Made by a program: the position numbers and the translations under genes. Shown here one piece after another: positions 1 to 8,167 of a DNA stretch of 64,000 nt. The notes beneath the pieces are model-generated. The model was given only the letters and a program-made list of their open reading frames with translations, was not told the origin of the DNA and searched no databases. Origin of the DNA: a virus (taxonomy: Duplodnaviria > Caudoviricetes); IMG/VR virus record IMGVR_UViG_3300033752_000023, positions 2,391-66,390 of that record; one strand, given 5' to 3'. Within the stretch, counting starts at the first letter, position 1; each line of letters begins with the position of its first letter.

Positions 1-4
1 ACGT

Positions 5-1261
5 TTGAAGAAACTAGTGAATGGTAGTCAGATGTTCCTACGTTCTGCATGGGGCTCGGCACTAGGTGAAGGTCAAGCTATAGACATACTAGGTCTGGAC
101 GAGTATGACCGTATGAAAGAGGGCGTAGAATTAGCGTTCCGTGAGTCTATGAAATCTTCTGCATATGGTCTTATGAGACGCTGGAGTACACCTACTATAC
201 CAGGTCGTGGAATAGATCTTCTGTTCGGTAAGAGTGACCAACGCTTTTATCATCATAAATGTGATAAATGTGGATACTGGCAGGTCCTCACACTTGAAGA
301 CAACATGATTCAAGTCAAGCCAAACGGTGTGGATTTGGTAAATGAACAGATAGAAGATGGTACATTCATGTTCATTTGTCAGAAATGTAAGAGGGAATTG
401 AACCGTTGGAACAAAGGTGAGTATGTTGCTAAGTATCCTGATAGGCGTGAAATACGTGGTTACCACATAAGTCAGCTTGATGCTGTTTGGATTTCCGCAG
501 ATGAGATTATGAGAAACCAATTCCATTATAAGGTCAAGCAGTTATTCTATAACTACGTAATTGGAATGCCTTATGCTTCTGAAGGTTTAATTATTACAGA
601 CCAAGATGTATTGGGCTGTGTAGCCTTCCCAGAGCCAATAGGCTATCGTGACTATTCTGTTTACAAGAAAGTTGTAGCCGGTATAGACTGGGGTCATTTC
701 AACTGGATGGTAATACTAGGTCTAACAGAAGATGACCAAGTACACCTACTTGACTTACACTGGATAGAAGACAACCCTAATGCCCCATTAGAGTGCGTGA
801 ATGTATTTACAACCTTACTGCAACCTTATGACCCAGATGTTATTGTAGCAGATAACGGTTTTGGTGCTGACCGTAACAGTTACCTAATACAGATGTTCCC
901 GGGTCGTACATTTGCATGTGATTGGGATACGCACAAAAGCAAAATTCCATTAATAGATTCATGGAATGACAATGCAGCAAAAGTCAGAGTAGATAAGACG
1001 GTTAAAATGAAGCGTGTGTTATATAATGTAAAATCTAGAGCTATTAAGACATTTGCTATGAATGAGAAATTGGCAATGCTTATTAAACATTTGAAGAATG
1101 TCCGTACTCTTATGGAGGAAGAAGAGGGTGAAGTTTATGAGAAAGTCACTCGTATTGGTGATGATCACCTAGCGACATCTTTAGCTTATGCCTATATTGC
1201 TCTGGATCGTATACTAGAAAAGCATAAACCAAAATCTAACTTTGGATTTGAGTTCATTTAG
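5..1261 (+). CDS. Terminase large subunit, C-terminal part (5' end lies outside the window)
   Basis: Walker B-like LGLDEYD, motif III WSTPT, Zn-ribbon HKCDKC...CQKC, RNase H-like nuclease motifs AGIDWG and GDDHL; the frame is open to the window edge. Confidence 0.9.
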   Translation: MKKLVNGSQMFLRSAWGSALGEGQAIDILGLDEYDRMKEGVELAFRESMKSSAYGLMRRWSTPTIPGRGIDLLFGKSDQRFYHHKCDKCGYWQVLTLEDNMIQVKPNGVDLVNEQIEDGTFMFICQKCKRELNRWNKGEYVAKYPDRREIRGYHISQLDAVWISADEIMRNQFHYKVKQLFYNYVIGMPYASEGLIITDQDVLGCVAFPEPIGYRDYSVYKKVVAGIDWGHFNWMVILGLTEDDQVHLLDLHWIEDNPNAPLECVNVFTTLLQPYDPDVIVADNGFGADRNSYLIQMFPGRTFACDWDTHKSKIPLIDSWNDNAAKVRVDKTVKMKRVLYNVKSRAIKTFAMNEKLAMLIKHLKNVRTLMEEEEGEVYEKVTRIGDDHLATSLAYAYIALDRILEKHKPKSNFGFEFI

Positions 1262-1273
1262 GGAGGTGTAAAT

Positions 1274-3985
1274 ATGGACCTATTTCTTGACTTAGAAAAG
1301 GGCAGAAAAAGTGTTGGTAGGGTAGATGGGAGCCTTACTGACAAAAAGAAAGATAAACTGCAACTTGTAATAGATCAACTAGGGTTACAGAACTTTGAAA
1401 AAGACCTAGTCACACGTAAGGTTGTAAGGAAATCTTATGAAGACGATTACAAAGACGATGAAATAAAGAAAGCTGACAATAGTCACCTGCCGGAAGGGGC
1501 AGAGAGGTTTGCTTATAAAACACCTACCAACTATGACATCATTTACATTCCAGTTAACAGGCTAAAACAGGTATATCAAACTGATAAGGCTCTGGACCCT
1601 AAGAAAGTCAATGAAAACATGAGAAAGATAAAAGAAGGTATCCCTCTGGACCCTATAGTAATTGGGTACAACTATGATGTCCATGACGGTCACCATAGGT
1701 GGGAAGCGGCTAAGAAATTAGGTCACACCCATGTACCATGTAGGGTAGTAGGTGCAGACCCAGACAAGGTAATGGAATCTAAGAAGAAATACAGAGAAGT
1801 GTGGAAATCAATGTCTACTGATGTAGATGACTGGGACTCTAAATCTTTAGTCCATGTACTAGACTTACAGAAAGCTATGCTCAACAAAGGAAAGTTAGTC
1901 AAACGTAGGGTTGCAGTTAGAGGTAAAAACGGTAAAGTATTCTACCGTATGCAATGGGTAAGACCTGATGCAAAGGCACCTAACATAGAGCACCCTGGGG
2001 TAGACCATAGTACCTATCACCATCATGAAGAAGGTATTAAGGAAATGGAGCGTAGGCAATCTAACCGTTTCCCAGTACTACATCATGATGCTAATAAGCT
2101 CAAATTCATTGAGCATAACTATAGAACTGATAAGCAAAAATACACTGAAGCGGAAAGAAAGTTCAATGCTGGGGAAAAGTTACCGCCAGTTAAGATAAAT
2201 CCTAAAGGTGAAGTACTAGACAATCATCACTTAGTCGACTTGGCAAGAAACAAGGGTTTGACACATGTTCCTGTTATCGTAATGGGTAACCCAACCCTAA
2301 AGAAACAGCTAGAGGACAAACTCAAGGATGAGGTAACTGTAAAGGACGAAGAAACTGGACAACACATACCTGCTGCCCTAGCAGATGATGATAACGTGAA
2401 AAATTCTAATGCTGGTTTATCAGCTGATATAGTTGATGATTTAGAACACTTCAATAACTTCACTAAGAAGAAATACACCAAACAGCACCTTATGAATGAA
2501 GCTAGGCGTCAAGGTATCACATGGAATGATAAGAAGAATGATGGTACACCCCTACCAGAAAACTCTGCTATCCTGTGGATGAGGGCTCATCAGGCAATTG
2601 TTGACCACATAAAATCTGGTAAGAAGTTTGAGGTACGACATGATGAGAAAGACGTTGATAAGAGAATGCAACAGGATGGTAAGGATTCTATACACAAGCA
2701 CTTCTTGAGGCTATTGGAAAAACATGGAAGTAAAGACGCATTGATGGAATGGGCTAGAAACAACGGTATAAAGTGGAAAGAGAAGGAAGATCCTACTATC
2801 AACTGGATGTATGCAGTTAAAGCTATTAAGCAGGAACTTGCTAAAGGTAGAATGCTAAGTGGTGTACGTACACGTCAGAAAAAGGCTATGGAAGAAGCTA
2901 ATACTGTAGTAACTGACCAAATTAAGTCTATGGTTACTGCTATAGGTAAGAAATATGGTAAATCCCAAGTAATGAAACGTGCTGAACAATTAGGTATCCA
3001 GTTCGATAGGTTCACTAAGAAGGGTGAACAACTCCCAGAGAACTCTAACATCCTATGGATGCGTGCACATGAAGCTATATCGAAATATATCGCTAAGGGT
3101 AACGAGTTTAAGATGGGCGATGAACAAGACACCGGAATCGTATCTACAGTCGGTGACTATGGTGAAGTAAAAGTCACTAAGAATCAGTCTATAGCACTTG
3201 ACAGGGCGAAGCGGAACAGCCAAAATAAAGAACCAAAGATGAAGAAATGGGCTCTCAAGGCACTCATGGTAGACCGAGGTATAAACCAAGAGCAGGCAGA
3301 GGAATTGTATAATCAATTCATGGAAAAAGCTAGAAATGCTAAGATAATGATACACTTTGACCCATTTGAAAAGCTACCAAATGGAGTAAATCTCATAGAT
3401 CAACTTAGCTCAGATGGCGTGTTTAAAAACGACTATGAGCTAAATCGTGGATTTGAACCAGAGCATAGAGAAATTAATGAGAGAGATCTATTTGGTGATG
3501 AGTATGATGAAGCTTCTCACAAAGAGCGTCCTAACTATGGTGTAATAGACCTATATAACCTGGGTCTAGCTTCAAACCCATTAGGCGGAGATGTAGCTTT
3601 TGTACTCAAAGATGAGGTCAAAAAGCGTGCTACAGGTTCTGCTATAGATTCCAATAGCATTCCTTATGGTGAGTCAGGTCAATGGGTACGTTCATTAGAA
3701 GACCCGCATCACCTAATCATAGATAGATGGCGTTCAAGATGGAAAAACGTAAACAAAAAAGACGGACAACGGATACGTGCTATGGATGCTGTACTTCAAG
3801 GTAAACCAAACAAGGATGACAACAAATATTTTGAATCACACATACATGGTGGCGTTAACTTTGCACGTGACGTTGACCATATCTTAGTCCCTCAGTCCTG
3901 GAAATCTGATAAAGCCCATAAAGAGAAACATGAAGCCATTAAGAACTTTGCTAAACAGTTTGGATTACAGGTTAAATATGATTAA
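1274..3985 (+). CDS. Modular 903-aa protein: ParB/Srx-like domain, shared KGK-QWV module, degenerate second ParB-like domain, three helical repeats, C-terminal DUF3626-like domain
   Basis: PIVIG..DVHDGHHRWEAAKKLG..HVP (ParB-like); PPVKI..VLDNHHL..GLTHVPV; RPNYG..FVLKDEV..RAT..DS and YFESHIHGGV..RDVDHI resemble DUF3626; RBS GGAGG upstream. Confidence 0.75.
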   Translation: MDLFLDLEKGRKSVGRVDGSLTDKKKDKLQLVIDQLGLQNFEKDLVTRKVVRKSYEDDYKDDEIKKADNSHLPEGAERFAYKTPTNYDIIYIPVNRLKQVYQTDKALDPKKVNENMRKIKEGIPLDPIVIGYNYDVHDGHHRWEAAKKLGHTHVPCRVVGADPDKVMESKKKYREVWKSMSTDVDDWDSKSLVHVLDLQKAMLNKGKLVKRRVAVRGKNGKVFYRMQWVRPDAKAPNIEHPGVDHSTYHHHEEGIKEMERRQSNRFPVLHHDANKLKFIEHNYRTDKQKYTEAERKFNAGEKLPPVKINPKGEVLDNHHLVDLARNKGLTHVPVIVMGNPTLKKQLEDKLKDEVTVKDEETGQHIPAALADDDNVKNSNAGLSADIVDDLEHFNNFTKKKYTKQHLMNEARRQGITWNDKKNDGTPLPENSAILWMRAHQAIVDHIKSGKKFEVRHDEKDVDKRMQQDGKDSIHKHFLRLLEKHGSKDALMEWARNNGIKWKEKEDPTINWMYAVKAIKQELAKGRMLSGVRTRQKKAMEEANTVVTDQIKSMVTAIGKKYGKSQVMKRAEQLGIQFDRFTKKGEQLPENSNILWMRAHEAISKYIAKGNEFKMGDEQDTGIVSTVGDYGEVKVTKNQSIALDRAKRNSQNKEPKMKKWALKALMVDRGINQEQAEELYNQFMEKARNAKIMIHFDPFEKLPNGVNLIDQLSSDGVFKNDYELNRGFEPEHREINERDLFGDEYDEASHKERPNYGVIDLYNLGLASNPLGGDVAFVLKDEVKKRATGSAIDSNSIPYGESGQWVRSLEDPHHLIIDRWRSRWKNVNKKDGQRIRAMDAVLQGKPNKDDNKYFESHIHGGVNFARDVDHILVPQSWKSDKAHKEKHEAIKNFAKQFGLQVKYD

Positions 3986-4068
3986 ATGTGAAGGTAGTCA
4001 GTCTACTGGCGGTGGTCTGACTGCTGAAGATATAAGCAAAGACATAAAAAAGGACTAGAGGTGATTAG

Positions 4069-4341
4069 ATGTCAAGAATGTATGTAAAAGCTATTAAACT
4101 AACAGATGACCCCCATTCTATTAAAGTTGCATATGAGAAAAATGGGAAGTTATATGTCAGAAGTGGGAACGATAAATTCAGCAAGGGAATATCAGTCCCT
4201 GTACCCCTTTCTACATTGTATACAATATGGGGGTTCCGTAAAGTAACAGATGCACCATATTTCTATGATGGTCAAGAGATGTGGGAGAATATACAAAGAT
4301 TCCAGATGACTAGGGATGGTACAGTCAAATATTTCAGTTAA
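4069..4341 (+). CDS. Hypothetical protein, 90 aa
   Basis: RBS GAGGTG just before the ATG; followed by a terminator hairpin. Confidence 0.7.
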   Translation: MSRMYVKAIKLTDDPHSIKVAYEKNGKLYVRSGNDKFSKGISVPVPLSTLYTIWGFRKVTDAPYFYDGQEMWENIQRFQMTRDGTVKYFS

Positions 4342-4347
4342 TGGTAC

Positions 4348-4380
4348 AGAGGAGTGAGTTTGATTCACTCCTCTTTTTTT
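4348..4380 (+). terminator. Intrinsic terminator
   Basis: AGAGGAGTGA/TCACTCCTCT 10-bp stem followed by a T-run. Confidence 0.8.
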
Positions 4381-4410
4381 ATGGTAAAAACAAGGTCGGG
4401 AGGGTTACCT

Positions 4411-5100
4411 ATGAGAACTAAAACTGTAGGGTTTTATCTGGAAAGAATGAATATACCATCTCATAAGAGAAACAATGAGGAGTTGTTTGAAAAACTAGAT
4501 AGTGCTAATAGTGACGAAGAGCGTCACCACATAGTAGAGAACATACTGATGAATAACATCAAGCTGGTATTTCATATCCTCAATAAACGATTCCCAGATA
4601 TAACTGGTCTATGTCAAAAAATCAGAGTTACTTATGATGATGTATTTAGTGTTGGAGTATATGGATTATTGAAATCTATATACACTTTTAATAGCTCCAA
4701 AAATATCAAATTCTCCACCTATGCTAGTAGAGTAATCAACAATGAGCTAGGAATATTTATGCGTAAGCACAGAAGGTCCCTAATGGTAACTAGCATAGAA
4801 GAAACTATATATGAAGATAAGCAGGGGAGAGAAGGCATAACACTAATGGATGTACTAATAGGTAGTGCTGATGGTATAGAACAGTACATTACTGAAGAAT
4901 ATAATGTATTTTTCCTAGAAGAGCTTGAAAGAGCCCTTACCCCTAAGGAAATAAATATGCTAAGGCTGTATTTTTATGGAAGGATGACTCAAAAACAAAT
5001 AGCAGATGCTATGGATATGAATCAGAGCTATGTTAGTAGGAAACTAAAGACAATACTACGGAAAGCTAAAAAACTTCATAAGAAGTTGCAGGATATGTAG
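4411..5100 (+). CDS. Sigma-70 family RNA polymerase sigma factor, SigE/SigK (sporulation)-like
   Basis: Region 2 NIKLVFHI..DDVFSVGVYGLLKSIYTFN..KFSTYASRVINNEL and region 4 MTQKQIADAMDMNQSYVSR. The ATG at 4411 follows GGAGGG; the ORF track start at 4354 lies inside the terminator. Confidence 0.9.
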   Translation: MRTKTVGFYLERMNIPSHKRNNEELFEKLDSANSDEERHHIVENILMNNIKLVFHILNKRFPDITGLCQKIRVTYDDVFSVGVYGLLKSIYTFNSSKNIKFSTYASRVINNELGIFMRKHRRSLMVTSIEETIYEDKQGREGITLMDVLIGSADGIEQYITEEYNVFFLEELERALTPKEINMLRLYFYGRMTQKQIADAMDMNQSYVSRKLKTILRKAKKLHKKLQDM

Positions 5101-5166
5101 CGGGGAGAACAATTTTCATTCCCCGCATTTCATTTACAACGAAGTCACTAATGGGAGGAGTTTTCT

Positions 5167-5529
5167 ATGTTAAATTGGGTAAAAGCTAATTACAGTAGTG
5201 ACCAGGTACAAAGCAAAGCAATCATTACAACTCTTGACTACTGCAACACTATTGGCAGGTACCATGTTTATCAAATAATAAACGGTCAGTATGTTGTAAT
5301 CTTTGATGACCAAAGAGAGCTATTGAACTATGTGAATCTAAATTTAGGGTCAATATTCATAGTGCGTTTTCTGCACGAAGACAATAACAAATACAGCTAT
5401 ACCGTAGAGCTGTACGGAAGAGAAGTTACTGTACTGACCCTGGCTAGAGCAGTGGTGTTGGTGCAAGGTAGCGAAGAAGAACCTAGAAAGATGTATCTCA
5501 GCGATGAGGAACTCATAACAATAGAGTAA
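5167..5529 (+). CDS. Hypothetical protein, 120 aa
   Basis: GGAGG RBS; complete ORF. Confidence 0.7.
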   Translation: MLNWVKANYSSDQVQSKAIITTLDYCNTIGRYHVYQIINGQYVVIFDDQRELLNYVNLNLGSIFIVRFLHEDNNKYSYTVELYGREVTVLTLARAVVLVQGSEEEPRKMYLSDEELITIE

Positions 5530-5576
5530 TGTTGTCACCCCCTAGATTTTATTAACTAGGGGGTGAATTTTTAGAT

Positions 5577-6059
5577 ATGAACGGAAGAGTACATTATGAA
5601 GTTCTAAGGAATTCCCTGCATCGGGACGATATATTAGAGCATGCTAAGGCAAATGGTGTTTCCTGGGAAGAGCATAGCCACCCAGGTATTAACTGGATGA
5701 GGGCTAGTTCTGCAATTATTAAACATATAGACAAAGGTAACAAGTTCCATACTGATGGTATTGACCTTGAAACTGGCAAGAAAATGCTAGACCATTATAT
5801 TCAGTTACGTGAAGCCCATAAGAAAACAATGATACCTCATATACGGTCAGCTGTGGCTAAACTGCACGCAGAGAAAGGTGACTCTAACACAAGCCCTATG
5901 GACTTGCTGGAGGAAGCCCATGAGCACCTAAAGGCTAATGGTGGTCATGTGTGGGCAGAAAAACTATCAACCCTACACCATATCAATATGCAGATAAAAA
6001 AACTATCTGATAGGATAGATAAAATGTCTAAAGCACAATCTAAGACACAGTCCGTGTGA
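5577..6059 (+). CDS. 160-aa protein with one copy of the helical G[IV]xW..INWMRA repeat found in the modular proteins
   Basis: EHAKANGVSWEEHSHPGINWMRASSAIIKHIDKGNKF aligns with the repeats in ORF 1274-3985. Confidence 0.75.
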   Translation: MNGRVHYEVLRNSLHRDDILEHAKANGVSWEEHSHPGINWMRASSAIIKHIDKGNKFHTDGIDLETGKKMLDHYIQLREAHKKTMIPHIRSAVAKLHAEKGDSNTSPMDLLEEAHEHLKANGGHVWAEKLSTLHHINMQIKKLSDRIDKMSKAQSKTQSV

Positions 6060-6097
6060 AAACACGGACTATACTATTCTTTATATGAAGAAACCGC

Positions 6098-6126
6098 TTG
6101 ACAAAACAGCTGAGGCATGAGAAAAT
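6098..6126 (+). promoter_or_regulatory. Host sigma-A-type (early) promoter
   Basis: TTGACA-17 bp-GAAAAT with an extended -10 TG; same layout as the promoter at 52618. Confidence 0.6.
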
Positions 6127-6159
6127 CAAGTCAGTACCAGAGAAGGAGGAAGAGAAGGT

Positions 6160-7095
6160 ATGAGTAGAAAGTCCCAGGTGGATAAGTTTTACCAAAAATG
6201 GTACAAGCATCAGGAAGATACCAGAGCCATCATAGAAGGACAAATGCGTAAGGAAAAGGAAAAAGAAGCTAAATGGTATGGAGATGTGGAAGGAGTGGAG
6301 GAATTGATGGAAAAGGGGAACATTAAGGAAGCCGCTGTAGTGTTCAGCCGGGAAGGAATGGAAGTGTTTACAAAATTATTTATCAACTCTGTAGAGAGAA
6401 GCGTAGAGGAAACCCTCATGAAAGGCATCACTGACCTCGAAAACAAAATATCAGAACTCATAGAAAAATCCGTAGAGAAAAAACTGGTTGAGATGATGGA
6501 AGGCATAACTGAGGGTATTAAGCAGTTTACTAACGAAAACATGGATAATCACATTAAAATATCACTTCCTACCATTCGTGACACTACAATTCCTGATGAC
6601 CCACTAACAGGAGAAAAACAAAACGAGAGACTGGCAAATTTAGCAGATTCAAATTTATCTGACATAATAATTGATAAGATTATAGTTGATAAGATTGGTC
6701 AAGAGGCAGATAAAAAAGTTACACAACAAATGGTAGAAGAAGGTATAACAAAAACAGTGGAGGAAATAAAATCTGATACAGAAACTTCTAAAGTAGAGAA
6801 AAAACCCAACAAAAAAGCTGATAAGCCTTCTTATACTGAAGAAGGAATACGTATTATTACAACAAAAGATGCAGGAGAAGTACTGCCATTAGTTATTAAC
6901 ATCATGAAAGCCAATGGTGGACCTATGAAACTTGTTGATATTAATAATAAACTAGTTGAACTCTATAATATGAAATTTACTTCATCTGGGTGTACATCGT
7001 TTATGAACAAAATAATCAAATTAGATTATAATATAGAAAAAGTTGGTTATGGTTTATATGAATACCGGGAGAAAAATTTCAAGCCAACGATTTAA
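6160..7095 (+). CDS. 311-aa protein with N-terminal coiled coil and C-terminal winged helix resembling Bacillus Rok
   Basis: C-terminal INIMKANGGPMKLVDINNKL..TSFMNKIIKL..IEKVGYGLY matches my recollection of the Rok pattern TTFMQSLIKM..VKKPYRGQY. Confidence 0.55.
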   Translation: MSRKSQVDKFYQKWYKHQEDTRAIIEGQMRKEKEKEAKWYGDVEGVEELMEKGNIKEAAVVFSREGMEVFTKLFINSVERSVEETLMKGITDLENKISELIEKSVEKKLVEMMEGITEGIKQFTNENMDNHIKISLPTIRDTTIPDDPLTGEKQNERLANLADSNLSDIIIDKIIVDKIGQEADKKVTQQMVEEGITKTVEEIKSDTETSKVEKKPNKKADKPSYTEEGIRIITTKDAGEVLPLVINIMKANGGPMKLVDINNKLVELYNMKFTSSGCTSFMNKIIKLDYNIEKVGYGLYEYREKNFKPTI

Positions 7096-7098
7096 TTT

Positions 7099-7370
7099 TA
7101 GATAGAAGGTTGGAGTTGAGCGACTACAACTGTATCCCCTAATCCGTTAGCTGTAAGGGGCTAGATTAAATGTCTAGTCCCTGACTCTCTTATCTTTCTT
7201 AGACCCATACATGCCCACGTCACTGTCTCGGACCGCTTTAGGTCCGAGACATACGATAACCCAGGGTGCACACTGGGCTTGGGATAGTTGCGCAACCATG
7301 TGTGGGTCTAACAAAGATAAGATAGCAGGGTGGATGCTGTCACATAGACCGTCTGCTCTATTATCTACCT
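7099..7370 (+). ncRNA. Putative structured non-coding RNA (~270 nt) directly 5' of tRNA-Arg; family not recognised
   Basis: Long-range stem 7189-7213/7297-7321 (9+15 bp), perfect 11-bp hairpin 7224-7251, hairpins 7157-7181 and 7260-7277; richer in GC than its flanks. Confidence 0.55.
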
Positions 7371-7448
7371 GCCCCTGTAGCTCAGTTGGACAGAGCACAG
7401 CCCTCCTAAGGCTGGTTAGCATAGGTTCGAATCCTATCAGGGGCACCA
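7371..7448 (+). tRNA. tRNA-Arg, anticodon CCT, with encoded CCA
   Basis: Acceptor GCCCCTG/CAGGGGC, D arm GCTC/GAGC, anticodon arm CAGCC-CTCCTAA-GGCTG, T arm ATAGG-TTCGAAT-CCTAT, 3' ACCA. Confidence 0.95.
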
Positions 7449-7494
7449 TCTATTCCCCTATTCTATATCCTGAGCCATACAAAAATATCTCTCC

Positions 7495-7531
7495 AATAGC
7501 CTAGAATCCTTTGAGATTCTAGGCTATTTTT
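7495..7531 (+). terminator. Intrinsic terminator after the tRNA
   Basis: 14-bp stem AATAGCCTAGAATC/GATTCTAGGCTATT plus a T-run. Confidence 0.8.
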
Positions 7532-7677
7532 AATATATGAGGGAAATCAATGTAAATGATGTCATATTGTGGTTTAATAGGAGATTTGCCCCGAATTTTG
7601 GAGCTATAGTTTGACTTTCTGAAATATTTTTCGGGGCAAAACAGGGTAAAAGAACATATCTCAAATCGTAAGGAGAG

Positions 7678-7860
7678 GTGTCCAACATGAGCCATTCCTG
7701 TCCATTGTTCAAATTAAGGGATGATAAGGTTGACAGTAAAAGTAATAACTGCGGTAATTGTGTGAATTATAACCAAACAGACAATACCAATCCATGGGAA
7801 AAGGTTTGCAAGGAGCATGAGGTTCTAGTCAAGATGGTACGATCTGACCTTAGGACATAG
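7678..7860 (+). CDS. Small Cys-rich protein (possible metal-binding)
   Basis: AAGGAG upstream; C-P-L-F..CGNC..C pattern. Confidence 0.55.
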   Translation: MSNMSHSCPLFKLRDDKVDSKSNNCGNCVNYNQTDNTNPWEKVCKEHEVLVKMVRSDLRT

Positions 7861-7902
7861 ACAACTTTGTACCTGCCAGTATGGGTGCCGCAAGTTAATT
7901 TT

Positions 7903-7993
7903 AACTTTAAGACCTTAATATACTAAAATGTACTAAACTTTAAGACCTTAATATATTAAAATATACTAAACTTTAAGACCTTAATATACTAAA
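7903..7993. repeat. 33-bp AT-rich tandem repeat, about 2.75 copies (iteron-like)
   Basis: AACTTTAAGACCTTAATATA[C/T]TAAAAT[G/A]TACTA at 7903 and 7936, with a 25-bp partial copy at 7969. Confidence 0.9.
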
Positions 7994-8040
7994 GAGTGAA
8001 AATTTGCGCATTGAATTTTAATTTTTATACTAAAGTTTTT

Positions 8041-8087
8041 GGTACTTTAAAAGTCTTTAACTTTTAGCCTACTTCGTAGGCTAAAAG
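8041..8087. other. Copy 1 of a composite element: GGTACTTTAAAAGT plus a 12-bp hairpin with a TTC/GAA triloop
   Basis: CTTTTAGCCTAC-TTC-GTAGGCTAAAAG at 8061-8087; homologous copy at 55734-55760. Confidence 0.75.
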
Positions 8088-8167
8088 GGGCGTGGCGACA
8101 CCAATCTGATACAGAACACTATTGATTTCATATCAATATTGGTGGGTCGGATTTTGAAGGTAAAGGA

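Noticed and set aside
7099-7370. Assignment of the structured RNA to SRP RNA, RNase P, 6S, tmRNA, retron or hammerhead
   Set aside because: The diagnostic core motifs were not found in the right order, and no reverse transcriptase is present in the window.
7174-7504. ORFs 7174-7449 (-) and 7211-7504 (+)
   Set aside because: They overlap the tRNA and the structured RNA, have no convincing RBS and give atypical protein sequence.
7903-7993. 33-bp repeats as a CRISPR array
   Set aside because: The repeats are directly adjacent with no unique spacers, and there are no cas genes in the window.
8061-8087. Hairpin as a cUUCGg RNA tetraloop terminator
   Set aside because: The base after UUCG is U, the geometry is a 3-nt loop closed by C-G, and G/C bases rather than a U-run follow on the plus strand.
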